A stretch of DNA of 64,000 nt from an uncultured Candidatus Saccharibacteria bacterium. Its GTDB lineage: Bacteria; Patescibacteriota; Minisyncoccia; Minisyncoccales; Staskawiczbacteraceae. Below the pieces are notes generated by a model. That model did not search any database, was not told where the DNA came from, and was given only the letters and a program-made list of their open reading frames with translations. Below, piece by piece: positions 34,259 through 45,479 of this stretch (its first letter is position 1; the number at the start of each line of letters is the position of its first letter). The stretch is from the NCBI GenBank assembly GCA_964479955.1, contig CAYZNK010000003.1, forward strand, positions 2,329 to 66,328, written 5' to 3'. A program made the position numbers and the translations under genes.

Positions 34259-34622
34259 GGTTAAAATTTATGCTAAGGCCTTAGCGGACTTTTTGCTTGA
34301 AACCAAAAAAAGTAGAGAAAAAGTCTCTGAGGGGTTTTTAAAACTGCTTGAAAAGAACGGATTAATGGGAAAGGCCAAAGAGATTGTCAGTCTTGCAGAA
34401 GACTATATTTTGCAAAAAAAGGGAAACAAAAAAATTGTTTTTGAATCAGCTCGTAAAGTTTCACAAAGCCAGAAAAAACTGTTGGAAAGCTATGTCAAAG
34501 AGGGAGATATTATAAAAGAGAATATAAACCCCGAATTAATAGCTGGAGTAAAAATAATCGTAAATGGAGAAAAACAAATTGATTATTCTTTAAATAAAAA
34601 ATTACAAGAAATATTTAAATAA
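34245..34622 (+). CDS. atpH: F0F1 ATP synthase subunit delta (short, 125 aa)
   Basis: C-terminal [27 protein letters not shown] is the OSCP signature; operon position agrees. Confidence 0.7.
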   Translation: MKRNKVKIYAKALADFLLETKKSREKVSEGFLKLLEKNGLMGKAKEIVSLAEDYILQKKGNKKIVFESARKVSQSQKKLLESYVKEGDIIKENINPELIAGVKIIVNGEKQIDYSLNKKLQEIFK

Positions 34623-34630
34623 AACCATAT

Positions 34631-36154
34631 ATGTCAAATGAGATTATAGAGAAAATAAAACAAGCAATTGAAGGATATAAAGATAATGCCCAATGGGAAG
34701 AAGTTGGCAAGGTTATTGAAATTGGAGACGGAATTTTAAAAATTTCAGGGCTTACAAATGTGCAGTCTCAGGAAGTTTTAATTGTTGAATCTGGAAAAAA
34801 AGAAATAAAGGCAGTTGCCTTAAACCTTGAGGAGGATTCGGTGGGAGCTTTGGTTCTGGGAGAGTCAGAGCTTATCAAGGCAGGACAAACCGTGAAAAGA
34901 ACAAAACAATTGCTGTCATTGCCTGTTGGAGAACAGCTTTTGGGCAGGGTTGTTGACCCATTGGGAAATGTTTTGGACGGTAAGGGACCAATATTTTCTG
35001 AAAAAGAAAAAGCAGAATTTTATTTTTTGGAAAATGATGCGCCAAATGTTTTAGCTAGAGAATCCGTAAATTATCCATTGCATACGGGAATTAAGGCCAT
35101 TGACTCTATGATTCCGGTTGGCAGGGGCCAGAGAGAATTGATTATCGGAGACAGACAGACAGGAAAAACAGCCATTGCCCTGGATGTGATTATAAATCAA
35201 TTAAAAGAGGAAAATAGGCCTGTTTGTATTTATGTTGCGGTTGGGCAAAAAGAATCAAAAACAGCAAAAATAGTACAGACATTAAAAGAACAAGGGGCCT
35301 TGGATTACACAATTGTAGTTTCAGCTTCAGCTTCCAGTCCTGCTTCATTTTGGTATTTGGCGCCTTTTGCAGGATGCGCTATTGGAGAATATTTCAGAGA
35401 CAAGGGAAAAGACGCTGTTGTAATTTACGACGACTTGTCAAAGCATGCATGGGCATACAGGCAGATTTCATTGCTTTTAAGAAGGCCGCCGGGACGAGAA
35501 GCGTATCCTGGAGACGTATTTTATTTGCACTCAAGGCTTTTGGAAAGGTCAGCCAAGCTTTCAAAAGAAAAAGGAGGAGGCAGTTTAACTGCTTTGCCAA
35601 TTATTGAAACTCAATTAGGAGACGTTACAGCATATATTCCAACAAACGTAATTTCAATTACAGATGGGCAGATTTATTTGGAATCTGATTTGTTTTACCA
35701 GGGAACAAGGCCGGCTGTTAACGTTGGTTTATCTGTTTCCAGGGTTGGGTCTTCAGCCCAAACAAAAGCAATGAAAAAGGTTGCAGGGAAACTAAGGCTT
35801 GAGTTAGCTCAGTTTAGAGAGCTGCAGACATTTGTACAGTTTGCATCTGATGTTGACCAAGCCACAAAGCAAAGAATAAACAAAGGGAAAATTATAACAG
35901 AAGTTTTAAAACAACCTGATTTGGCTCCAATTCCTTTTGAAAAGCAGGTTTTGGTTTTGTACGCGGCATTGAACGGATATTTTGACAAAATACAACCAGA
36001 GCATATGCCAGAAACTGAAAAGAAGTTTTTAGAATACTTTGATAATTTACACAAGGATTTAGTTGAAAAAATTAAAAAAGAAAGAGCAATTTCGGACGAA
36101 ACAGAAATAGAAATCAAAGCAGTAATAACTAAGTTCGTTGAATCAGTAAAATAA
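34631..36154 (+). CDS. atpA: F0F1 ATP synthase subunit alpha
   Basis: GDRQTGKT P-loop and highly conserved alpha-subunit blocks. Confidence 0.95.
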   Translation: MSNEIIEKIKQAIEGYKDNAQWEEVGKVIEIGDGILKISGLTNVQSQEVLIVESGKKEIKAVALNLEEDSVGALVLGESELIKAGQTVKRTKQLLSLPVGEQLLGRVVDPLGNVLDGKGPIFSEKEKAEFYFLENDAPNVLARESVNYPLHTGIKAIDSMIPVGRGQRELIIGDRQTGKTAIALDVIINQLKEENRPVCIYVAVGQKESKTAKIVQTLKEQGALDYTIVVSASASSPASFWYLAPFAGCAIGEYFRDKGKDAVVIYDDLSKHAWAYRQISLLLRRPPGREAYPGDVFYLHSRLLERSAKLSKEKGGGSLTALPIIETQLGDVTAYIPTNVISITDGQIYLESDLFYQGTRPAVNVGLSVSRVGSSAQTKAMKKVAGKLRLELAQFRELQTFVQFASDVDQATKQRINKGKIITEVLKQPDLAPIPFEKQVLVLYAALNGYFDKIQPEHMPETEKKFLEYFDNLHKDLVEKIKKERAISDETEIEIKAVITKFVESVK

Positions 36155-36248
36155 AAAACCGCGCAAACCCTTTTATAGGATACGCGGTATGAGCCGTGCG
36201 TTGGATCGGATTTAGTCGAGAAAAGAGAGTAGCTTTAAGGTTGTGATA

Positions 36249-36440
36249 CTAGGGTTTTGTCAGTGGACAGATGTTAGCAAGAATTTTTTCATTGCCTCTT
36301 TTTCGCCAGAATCCGCAAAGCAGCTCCCAACCATTACGCTTTAGGTATTTGTTAGCGGCTCTTTTGCCAAAGGGTCCTACAAACTTTCCCGTGATTTGGC
36401 CGTCGTTCGCATGTGTAAACGCTATGATATATTCTTTCAT
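36249..36440 (-). CDS. Hypothetical 63-aa protein, antisense insert inside the atp operon
   Basis: ATG preceded by the SD aaggaga at 7-nt spacing. Local G+C is visibly higher than in the flanks. No family recognised. Confidence 0.5.
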   Translation of the reverse strand: MKEYIIAFTHANDGQITGKFVGPFGKRAANKYLKRNGWELLCGFWRKRGNEKILANICPLTKP

Positions 36441-36543
36441 AATTTTCTCCTTGTAGCGTGGCTGCTTATGGGTTTACAAATTAGTAAACAACTAATAATA
36501 TCATATCATAATAAATAATTAGTGTCAATAACAAAAATATAAA

Positions 36544-37500
36544 ATGGAATCACCACAGAATTTAAAAAAGAGGTTAAAATCAGTCTCAAATATCGGACAA
36601 ATTACCAAGGCAATGGAGCTGGTTTCGGCTACAAAAATGAGAAAATCTCAACAAATAGCTTTGGATTCCAGGCCATACGCTTTTTCTGCAATGGAATTGC
36701 TTGCCAAATTGACCGTTTTAGAAAATATAAAAAAAGAAGAGTTGCCTCCCCTGTTTGAGGTTAGAAAAAATATTAAAAAAGTTTTGTTTGTTTTAATAGC
36801 TTCAGATAAGGGATTGGCAGGAGCCTTTAATAGTTCTGTTTTTAAAAAATTTGAAAAGCATTTTGCAGAAGACGCAAGCCACCAAGGAGAAGAAAAATTA
36901 TTTTTGGCTGTTGGCGAAAAAGCTTTTGCATATTTGCAGAAAAAGAATTTAAAAGTTGTTAAAAAGATTATTCAGGCCGGAGATTTTACAACTCCGGAGC
37001 AAGCAAAGCCAATTGCGGATTTTATAACACAAGGATATTTAAATAAAGACTGGGACAGGGTTATTATTATTTCTACGCACTTTAAGTCAGCTTTGAAGCA
37101 GGAGCCCCATGTTAGAAGAGTTTTGCCAATTGACTTTGAGCATATTTCAGATACAATTGCAGAAATTATTCCGGAGCGCGGGAAGTTTGCAGAGCTTATA
37201 AAAGAAAACAATATCAGTTTTGTGCCAGATAAACTGAAAATAAAAGAAAATATAATTGAGCCTTCCGCAAAAGTTGTTTTGGAAAAGCTGGCAAGCCATT
37301 TGTTTTTTATGCAGATTTATCACTTGATATTGGAAGCCAATGCCTCAGAACATTCAGCGCGTAGGATGGCAATGAAAACAGCATCTGACAATGCAAAAGA
37401 CTTGGAAGAAAAATTGAATTTGCAATATAACAAATCCCGTCAGCAGAAAATCACAACGGAAATTTCAGAAATATCAGCGGGAGCGGAAGCATTAAACTAA
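36544..37500 (+). CDS. atpG: F0F1 ATP synthase subunit gamma
   Basis: N-terminal KSVSNIGQITKAMELVSATKMRK and C-terminal ITTEISEISAGAEAL signatures. Confidence 0.9.
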   Translation: MESPQNLKKRLKSVSNIGQITKAMELVSATKMRKSQQIALDSRPYAFSAMELLAKLTVLENIKKEELPPLFEVRKNIKKVLFVLIASDKGLAGAFNSSVFKKFEKHFAEDASHQGEEKLFLAVGEKAFAYLQKKNLKVVKKIIQAGDFTTPEQAKPIADFITQGYLNKDWDRVIIISTHFKSALKQEPHVRRVLPIDFEHISDTIAEIIPERGKFAELIKENNISFVPDKLKIKENIIEPSAKVVLEKLASHLFFMQIYHLILEANASEHSARRMAMKTASDNAKDLEEKLNLQYNKSRQQKITTEISEISAGAEALN

Positions 37501-37508
37501 AATTTTAA

Positions 37509-38924
<1,416 letters not shown>

Positions 38925-38986
38925 TTAATTGGAAATTTATAAATTGATTTTTTCCGCCGTTATTTGACAGTGGAAATGACAGTAAA

Positions 38987-39229
38987 ATGAAGCTTTCTAT
39001 ATATTCATTAAAAAAAATATTATTCCAGGGACAGGCCTCTCTTTTGAATTGCAAGACTCTTGAAGGAGAGATTACAGTTTTGGATAATCATCATCCTTTA
39101 ATGGGCGTTTTGACGCAAGGAACCATGAAGGTTTTAGACAAAGAAGGCAAAGAGCGTTTTTTTCAGATAAGGTCTGGATTTATTGAAGTTAAGTCGGAAA
39201 ACGAAACAAGGTGTCTTGTAGAAGAATAA
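38987..39229 (+). CDS. atpC: F0F1 ATP synthase subunit epsilon (N-terminal beta-sandwich only, 80 aa)
   Basis: GEITVLDNHHPLMGVL..G is epsilon-like. Last gene of the operon, followed by a terminator. Confidence 0.75.
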   Translation: MKLSIYSLKKILFQGQASLLNCKTLEGEITVLDNHHPLMGVLTQGTMKVLDKEGKERFFQIRSGFIEVKSENETRCLVEE

Positions 39230-39231
39230 AA

Positions 39232-39254
39232 AATTCCGCTAAGCGGAATTTTTT
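39232..39254 (+). terminator. Rho-independent terminator of the atp operon
   Basis: aattccgc-taa-gcggaatt perfect 8-bp stem followed by a T-run. Confidence 0.8.
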
Positions 39255-39295
39255 ACTGCAGTTGTTTATTTTTTTTGAAATGTTAAAATTAAAAC

Positions 39296-39415
39296 ATGAG
39301 CAACAATAAATTAGATTTGTTTATAACAATCATAATAACTTTACTAGTCATTGCCGTAATTATAATTTTGGCGCTTTTATTTTTTTACTACACATTGAAA
39401 GTCAGGTCCATGTAG
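39296..39415 (+). CDS. Possible 39-aa single-TM peptide
   Basis: Hand-translated MSNNKLDLFITIIITLLVIAVIIILALLFFYYTLKVRSM*. No other support. Confidence 0.25.
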   Translation: MSNNKLDLFITIIITLLVIAVIIILALLFFYYTLKVRSM

Positions 39416-39429
39416 CCGCGGAGCCCAAG

Positions 39430-40122
39430 ATGAATTTCCAGGAAATATTAAAAAAATTTAAATCTCTTGGAAGCCAAAAGAATATTGATGGAATGGCCCG
39501 TTTTGGCATAAAACCAAAAGCAAAAGTTTTTGGCGTGCCTGTGCCAGAAGCAAGAAAGCTGGCAAAGCAGATAAAAAAGGACCATAAACTAGCTTTAGAA
39601 CTTTTTGATTCGGGATTTCATGAAGCAAGGCTTTTGGCAACAATGATAGCAAACCCCGAAGAAATTACAGAACGGCAGTTTGAAAAATGGGTAAAATTAT
39701 TTGATTCTTGGGACATTGTTGACCAGGCCTGCATGAACCTTTTTTGCAAGTCAAAAATTGCTGTTAAAAAAATTCCAGAATTAGCAAAAGCTGACGGAGA
39801 ATTTGAAAGACGCACTGCTTTTTCATTGATGGCTGCTTTGGCTGTTCACAATAAAGAAATGAAAGACAAAGATTTTATAAATTTTTTTCAACTAATTAAA
39901 ATAGCTTCAAATGACGAAAGAAATTTTGTGAGAAAAGCAGTAAATTGGGCTTTGCGCCAAATCGGAAAAAGAAACAAAAATTTAAATAGAGAATCAGTAA
40001 TACAGGCAAAGGAAATTTTAAAAATAGCAGAAAAAACAGGTTCAAAATCCGCCAAATGGGTTGCAAGCAATGCTATTATTGAGCTGACAGGCAAAATCGT
40101 CCGTGAAAGATTAAAACTTTAA
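39430..40122 (+). CDS. DNA alkylation repair (AlkD-like HEAT-repeat) protein
   Basis: MARFGI..KVFGVPVPEARKLAKQI, HEARLLA, FVRKAVNWALRQIGKRN. Confidence 0.8.
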   Translation: MNFQEILKKFKSLGSQKNIDGMARFGIKPKAKVFGVPVPEARKLAKQIKKDHKLALELFDSGFHEARLLATMIANPEEITERQFEKWVKLFDSWDIVDQACMNLFCKSKIAVKKIPELAKADGEFERRTAFSLMAALAVHNKEMKDKDFINFFQLIKIASNDERNFVRKAVNWALRQIGKRNKNLNRESVIQAKEILKIAEKTGSKSAKWVASNAIIELTGKIVRERLKL

Positions 40123-40125
40123 AGC

Positions 40126-40593
40126 ATGAAGCTGTCTATAAGAAGTTTTTTATTTACTGGTTTCTTTTTTTTATTCCTGTCTTTTTCTAATATTTTGCAA
40201 GCCCCCGATTTTATTTTTGAAAAAGAAAATTTTATTAAGGTGTGTTTTAAGGAAAATTGTTTTTTTGCAGAAAGCGCAAAAACCAAGGAAGAACTTTTAC
40301 GGGGATTGATGTTTCGCCAAAAATTGGATGAAGACAGGGGGATGATATTTATTTTTGAAAAAGATGGCGTTTATTCTTTTTGGATGAAAAACACTTTGAT
40401 TTCCCTGGATATAATATGGATTAACAGCGAAAACAAAGTTGTTTATATCAAAAAAAGCGCAGAGCCTTGTTCTGAATCAGAATGTTCATATATAAAACCA
40501 GACAAAAAAGCAAAATATGTTTTGGAAATAAATGCTGGAATTTCTGAAAAAATAAATCTGCAGGCAGGGGACACAGTGGTTTTCTCATATTGA
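40126..40593 (+). CDS. DUF192 domain protein
   Basis: GLMFRQKLDEDRGMIFIF....FWMKNTLISLDIIWI signature, plus a signal/TM N-terminus. Confidence 0.75.
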   Translation: MKLSIRSFLFTGFFFLFLSFSNILQAPDFIFEKENFIKVCFKENCFFAESAKTKEELLRGLMFRQKLDEDRGMIFIFEKDGVYSFWMKNTLISLDIIWINSENKVVYIKKSAEPCSESECSYIKPDKKAKYVLEINAGISEKINLQAGDTVVFSY

Positions 40594-40656
40594 CAAAAAA
40601 ATGTGATATAATAAAAAAAAGGTCGATTCTAATAATTAAAGTATTTTATATTTAAT

Positions 40657-40860
40657 ATGAAATTAAACACAGTAGATTTAATTGCCCTTGTTTTGTTGAT
40701 TGTAGGCGGATTAAATTGGGGTTTAGTTGGATTATTAAGTTTTGACCTGGTGGCAACTCTTTTTGGAGCAGGTTCTATGTTGTCCAATACGGTTTATATT
40801 TTAGTTGGAGTTGCGGCTGTATATATAGCAATAATTTTCCCGAAATTGGAAAGAAGATAA
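40657..40860 (+). CDS. DUF378 small membrane protein
   Basis: GGLNWGLVGLLSFDLV motif; 67 aa with two TM segments. Confidence 0.7.
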   Translation: MKLNTVDLIALVLLIVGGLNWGLVGLLSFDLVATLFGAGSMLSNTVYILVGVAAVYIAIIFPKLERR

Positions 40861-40877
40861 TATTAGGGCATTAAAAA

Positions 40878-40906
40878 ATCCCTCTATAAAACAGGGGGAT
40901 TTTTTT
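40878..40906 (+). terminator. Rho-independent terminator
   Basis: atccctc/gggggat stem (one G-U) followed by TTTTTTT. Confidence 0.55.
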
Positions 40907-41009
40907 GGCTTTTAAATTTAATAAAATTTTTCCTTGTTATTGGGAATTGAACCTGCCTACCCTGCCTACCGTCAGGCAGACGGCAGACAGGAAATTTAAA
41001 ATTAGAAAT

Positions 41010-42326
41010 TTAGTATAGGTATCCCCAAGTTTGGAGCTTATCAGAATCTTCTGACCATTTTAAGCCTATATCTGTTCTGTAAAACATATTTTGCAGTAAT
41101 ATGTTTTCTATTCTGCTGTAGGCCTGTTTTCTAGCATCTTCAACGGTTATTCCAGAACCTGTGACAACGAGAGTATACCCTGATTCTCCCGCAACAGTCC
41201 AGTTCCCGTTAATCAGTTTTACATCTCCTAAATGCACTCCGTCAATGTTTGGTTTTTTAAAAATAATTGATAAATCTTTATAAATTGCCATTTCTGCTTT
41301 GTCATAATAGGGAAACGGAGGCGTTACACAGCATACTCCCAATTGAAATCCCCTTTTAGTTTTTAAGTCATAGTTATTTCCAGATGCTATGTTGTATAGA
41401 AAGTCTCCCAATGGACTCGTAATGCCCTCCATTGCAATTGAAATGTGAGGATATCCAAATCTGCAGGTAAATTCCAAAGGATAAATTCCCCTTCCGTTTG
41501 CAATGCAATTTATATCAATGTATCCCACATACCCTGATTTTTTTATCTCCTCTTTCATTTTTTCGAGGGTTGTTTTGAAGATTGTGTTGGGGCCGGACCA
41601 ATACATTAAAGTCCCCATTTCTCCTGTAAACGGCCCTATGTCCCCGGGAAACAATTTTTTATGCTCAAGATTGACGTTTATAGGGTAAACAAAATCGTTT
41701 CCGTTAAAAAATGCGCCGACAGCAACCTCAACACCCTGAGCAAATTTTTGCAGCTGAAATTGCCTTGCTCTTTTTTCCAAAACAGATTTGTTTGATTTTA
41801 AAATTTCATGAATATCTTTTCCGTCCTCGTCTTTTCCCAGAAATAAAATTCCTTTTGCTTCAGATGTTATAAAACCAGAAGGCTTGTAAACATATCTGCC
41901 GGGATTTTCTTCAATAAATTTTAAGGCCGAGTCATAATCCGAAAAGTCCCAATGGGGCAAAATAATCATTCCCATTCTTTTCATTTCAGCCTGCCCAAAT
42001 TCGCGGCTTTCCTCAAGCTTATCGGTATACTCGCTTCCGCCAACAACCAGTTTCCCGTTTTTTCTTAGTTCATCGGCCTCTTTTCCAAAACCCACGTCGT
42101 CAAAAATGACAACATCTGCCCAGTCAATAAATTTTTTGTAGTCGTCAACTTTTTCCAAAAAACCGTCATAAACATCTTTATCAGTTTCTGCTTTAATATA
42201 TATTTTAACTTCATGCCCCTCTTTTTTTATTTGCACAGCCACGTCTCCCGATAAGCTCTCCCAACTTACAAATAAAAATTTTTTGGGACTTGTCGATAGA
42301 TTATTGTTTCCATTTTGTCCGTTCAT
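41010..42326 (-). CDS. ATP-grasp enzyme, PurD (phosphoribosylamine-glycine ligase)-like
   Basis: Overall layout and blocks (..VVIFDDVGFG.., ..YVYKPSG.., ..GYVGYIDINCI..) resemble the PurD-type ATP-grasp fold. Substrate not assignable. Confidence 0.6.
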   Translation of the reverse strand: MNGQNGNNNLSTSPKKFLFVSWESLSGDVAVQIKKEGHEVKIYIKAETDKDVYDGFLEKVDDYKKFIDWADVVIFDDVGFGKEADELRKNGKLVVGGSEYTDKLEESREFGQAEMKRMGMIILPHWDFSDYDSALKFIEENPGRYVYKPSGFITSEAKGILFLGKDEDGKDIHEILKSNKSVLEKRARQFQLQKFAQGVEVAVGAFFNGNDFVYPINVNLEHKKLFPGDIGPFTGEMGTLMYWSGPNTIFKTTLEKMKEEIKKSGYVGYIDINCIANGRGIYPLEFTCRFGYPHISIAMEGITSPLGDFLYNIASGNNYDLKTKRGFQLGVCCVTPPFPYYDKAEMAIYKDLSIIFKKPNIDGVHLGDVKLINGNWTVAGESGYTLVVTGSGITVEDARKQAYSRIENILLQNMFYRTDIGLKWSEDSDKLQTWGYLY

Positions 42327-42340
42327 TTTTATATCTTGCT

Positions 42341-42769
42341 TTACTTATATTTTTCGTCGTATGTTGAATATGAGACAGTCAATTCCTCCCCCTTTTTAAT
42401 CTTTTTTATTGTTTTAAAATTAAGAGCTTCGTTTTTTCCGTCTTCAATAATTTTTAGATTTGGATTTTTTGAATTATTAACGAAGAAAGAAACATCAACC
42501 CCGTTGAGGCCAGACTCCGGAATGTAAACAGTTTCGTCTTTTTCAATAACAAAAAAATCATCTATCATTTTTAAAATTTCTTTGTCTAGTCTTTTTAATT
42601 CTTTGGTTTTAAACTTGAGCCACTTGTTGTTTTTTATTCCCCAAAACGGGTTTTTGCCTTTTGGAATATCTCTAATTGCGAAAACTCCAACCCCTTCTAT
42701 TTTAGAAGGCATCAGCCTGCAGTAAGTACTTTTTAAATAATTCAAAGTTGTATTTTTTTTGTTTGACAT
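42341..42769 (-). CDS. SET-domain protein (putative lysine methyltransferase)
   Basis: IEGVGVFAIRDIPKG at the N-terminus and KGEELTVSY near the C-terminus. Confidence 0.55.
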   Translation of the reverse strand: MSNKKNTTLNYLKSTYCRLMPSKIEGVGVFAIRDIPKGKNPFWGIKNNKWLKFKTKELKRLDKEILKMIDDFFVIEKDETVYIPESGLNGVDVSFFVNNSKNPNLKIIEDGKNEALNFKTIKKIKKGEELTVSYSTYDEKYK

Positions 42770-42852
42770 ATTTTATTGCAATTTTAAAATCATTATATCA
42801 TCAAAAAAATTTTATGCAAAAATTTTTCGCATAGCGTAGTGTTTTTAAATGC

Positions 42853-42889
42853 AAAAAAACACCCTTCGCGTATAGCAAAGGGTGTTTTT
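42853..42889. terminator. Bidirectional terminator hairpin
   Basis: cacccttcgc/gcaaagggtg stem flanked by an A-run and a T-run, downstream of the minus-strand zinc-ribbon gene. Confidence 0.7.
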
Positions 42890-42902
42890 AAATTCCAGAA
42901 AA

Positions 42903-43085
42903 TTATCTGCTGAAATTTCTTGGGGGCCTTTTCTTCTGCCAGCATTCTCGGCAGTAAATTGGCCTGTCAGGGGCTGGCTCAAAAGGAAGTTCTGTAATTT
43001 CTACTCCGCATTCGGAGCATTTCCAGTTTCCTTTTACCATTTCTCTTGGAGCAAAGCCTCCCCTATTTTGGTTTCTGTCAAACAT
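42903..43085 (-). CDS. CxxC-x17-CxxC zinc-ribbon protein with RGG-like tails
   Basis: WKCSECGVEITELPFEPAPDRPIYCRECW; 60 aa. Confidence 0.6.
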   Translation of the reverse strand: MFDRNQNRGGFAPREMVKGNWKCSECGVEITELPFEPAPDRPIYCRECWQKKRPPRNFSR

Positions 43086-43223
43086 TTTTGTGTTTTTTAT
43101 AAATAATAAAACGACCTTTCTAATAGTCGTTTTATTGCACGCGATCTATTAGCTTGATTATATTATACTTTTTTCCACAATCAAAGTCAAGATAGTGGCC
43201 AAAATTATTTCCCCAGTCAATTT

Positions 43224-44324
43224 TTATGCTTTTTCTTTACCTGCCAGTCTCAAGCTCATTCTATGCTCTTTCAGCTCAATTAATAATATCTGAAAATCGT
43301 ATGTTTCGTTTATTTTAAGGGTGTTTTCCATTTCTTCTTTTGATGCGAATTCAGAAATATGGCAAAGTCCTCTTATTTTTGGCATAATTTCCACAAAAGC
43401 CCCAAAGGGAGAAAATTTTATTACTTTTCCCTTTACAATATCCCCCTTTTTAAATTTTTTCTCAATGTCTTCCCATGGATTTGTCTTTAAAGATTTTAAA
43501 GAAAGAGAAACCTGATTGTTGCTTATATCAATAATTTGAGCCTTTACAATGTCGCCCACTTTTACAACATCCGAAGGATTTTCAACCAATTGCCAGTCCA
43601 ATTCTGAAATATGTATAAGCCCCTCAATTTGAGATATTTTATTCTCGTCTTCTTTAGAATTTTCCAAAGGAAATTTTATAAACGCACCAAAATCAGCAAT
43701 ACCTGTTATTTCTCCCTCAACAATGCCCCCCTTTTCATAGTCTTTTAAAATTTCTTTTATTTTTTCTTCAGACTTTATTTTTTCAGAGAGAATAAGTTTG
43801 TTTTCTGAAGGTGTTAAATCAAGAATTTTTACTTCAAAAGATTTTCCAATGAATTTTTGGAGTTCTTTTAATATTTTTTGTTTGTCAGCATCTTCAACTC
43901 TTGGATAATGGTCCGGAGACAATTGGGAAACAGGCAAAAATGCTTGTATGCCATTTATGTTTGTAAGAAGCCCGCCCTTGTTCACACCGGAAATTTTTAC
44001 ATTCAAAACTTCTCCTGATTCTTTGGCATCTTTTAATTTTTTCCATCCAATTTCCTTTGTTGCATCTTTTAATGAAAGTTCTCTGTATCCGTCGTCATTT
44101 TCCAGCTCAACTATTTTTGCAAATATTTTGTCTCCTATTTCAAGGTCTTTTATCATATTTTTTACGCTGTAAAATTCCTTGCCGTAGATTACTCCTGTGC
44201 CATAAATTCCAAGGTCAACAAAAAGAGAAGATCTGTCTCTGGCAACAATTTTCCCCTCAATAGTGGCTCCCACCGTAAGGGGGTTTGCCAAATTTTTATT
44301 TTCACTGATAATATTTTTTTCCAT
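43224..44324 (-). CDS. rpsA: 30S ribosomal protein S1 (four S1 domains)
   Basis: Repeated S1 OB-fold blocks (G.I.EG.V..I..FGAF..). The track start at 44336 is GTG; the ATG at 44324 is preferred. Confidence 0.85.
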   Translation of the reverse strand: MEKNIISENKNLANPLTVGATIEGKIVARDRSSLFVDLGIYGTGVIYGKEFYSVKNMIKDLEIGDKIFAKIVELENDDGYRELSLKDATKEIGWKKLKDAKESGEVLNVKISGVNKGGLLTNINGIQAFLPVSQLSPDHYPRVEDADKQKILKELQKFIGKSFEVKILDLTPSENKLILSEKIKSEEKIKEILKDYEKGGIVEGEITGIADFGAFIKFPLENSKEDENKISQIEGLIHISELDWQLVENPSDVVKVGDIVKAQIIDISNNQVSLSLKSLKTNPWEDIEKKFKKGDIVKGKVIKFSPFGAFVEIMPKIRGLCHISEFASKEEMENTLKINETYDFQILLIELKEHRMSLRLAGKEKA

Positions 44325-44518
44325 AATAAAAAACACCTGTTTATTTTTTCTCTCCCCAAGATTTATCGGGGCATCTGCTGCAGGTCACCCCACTAAGGCA
44401 GGGTCAGCAGTATTAATTATTAATAATTTAATATATACTATTATATGAAATTTTGCAAGCATTGAAAGCGCGACTGTTTTATGATAAAATAATATAATAT
44501 ATAAAAAGAATTTTAAAT

Positions 44519-45175
44519 ATGGCAAAAGTTTATTTTGCAGGAAATTCCTGTTTTCAAATTTCGGTTTCAAATTCAAAAGACCATTCTGCTGACATTGTTA
44601 TTGACCCTTTTGACCAGGAAACCGGTTTAAAGCTGCCGAATTTGTCGGCAGATATTTTATTGATTACTCACCAGCATCATGACCATAACAACGTAAAAGG
44701 GGTTAAGGGATACCCTTTTGTTGCAGACAGTCCGGGAGAATATGAGATTAAAGAAGTTTTCATACGGGGAATTCCCGCTTTTCATGATGATAAAGAAGGC
44801 AAAGAAAAGGGCAGAAATACAATTTACACAATAGAGGCAGAGGGATTAAAGTTTTGCCATTTGGGGGATTTGGGCCAGAAAGAGCTCACAGACGAGCAAT
44901 TGGAAAAAATTGGCGCAGTTGATGTTTTAATGATTCCCGTGGGAGGAGAATATACAATTTCTTGCAATGAAGCAGGGAAAATAATCTCCCAGATTGAGCC
45001 AAAGATTGTAATTCCCATGCATTATGCTTTGCCAAAACTAAAATCCGACCTAGACGATGTTTCAAAATTTTTAAAGGCAATGGGAAAACCGTCTGTTGTT
45101 CCACAGGATAAATTAATTGTAAAAATTTCAACAATGCCAAAAGACGGGATGGAAATAGTTGTGTTGCAACCATAA
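44519..45175 (+). CDS. MBL-fold metallo-hydrolase
   Basis: LLITHQHHDHNN (HxHxDH) motif. Confidence 0.8.
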   Translation: MAKVYFAGNSCFQISVSNSKDHSADIVIDPFDQETGLKLPNLSADILLITHQHHDHNNVKGVKGYPFVADSPGEYEIKEVFIRGIPAFHDDKEGKEKGRNTIYTIEAEGLKFCHLGDLGQKELTDEQLEKIGAVDVLMIPVGGEYTISCNEAGKIISQIEPKIVIPMHYALPKLKSDLDDVSKFLKAMGKPSVVPQDKLIVKISTMPKDGMEIVVLQP

Positions 45176-45226
45176 TTCTTAATTCTCGCCTGTCGGTAGG
45201 CAGACGGGTCTAATTTACGATTTTTA

Positions 45227-45469
45227 ATGTTTGTAAATTTAAAATTAAAAGTCAAAGATTTTGTAGATAAATTACGGGATTTGCCGGAAAATAAAAAGAA
45301 AATTATTCTTTGGGCAATAGTTGTTGTTTTGGGGTTTATAATGGGATATTTCTGGGTTAAAAGCGTGATTTATAAGCTGAATAATTTGGAATCAATAAAT
45401 CTAAATATAGAGTTGCCGGAAAGTTTTGAGAATAATCTGCAAAATTTAGAAAATAATCAAATTCAATAA
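45227..45469 (+). CDS. Small single-TM hypothetical protein
   Basis: 80-aa ORF with one hydrophobic segment, immediately upstream of gyrA. Confidence 0.4.
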   Translation: MFVNLKLKVKDFVDKLRDLPENKKKIILWAIVVVLGFIMGYFWVKSVIYKLNNLESINLNIELPESFENNLQNLENNQIQ

Positions 45470-45479
45470 CTCAATAAAA

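Noticed and set aside
36155-36200. accgcg...cgcggt hairpin after atpA as an intrinsic terminator
   Set aside because: It has a 6-bp stem, a 21-nt loop and no following T-run. It is not convincing as a terminator.
40941-40960. tgggaattgaacc as the T-arm of a degraded tRNA on the minus strand
   Set aside because: No complementary T-stem, acceptor or anticodon arm can be built around it. It is treated as part of the G+C-rich hairpin motif instead.
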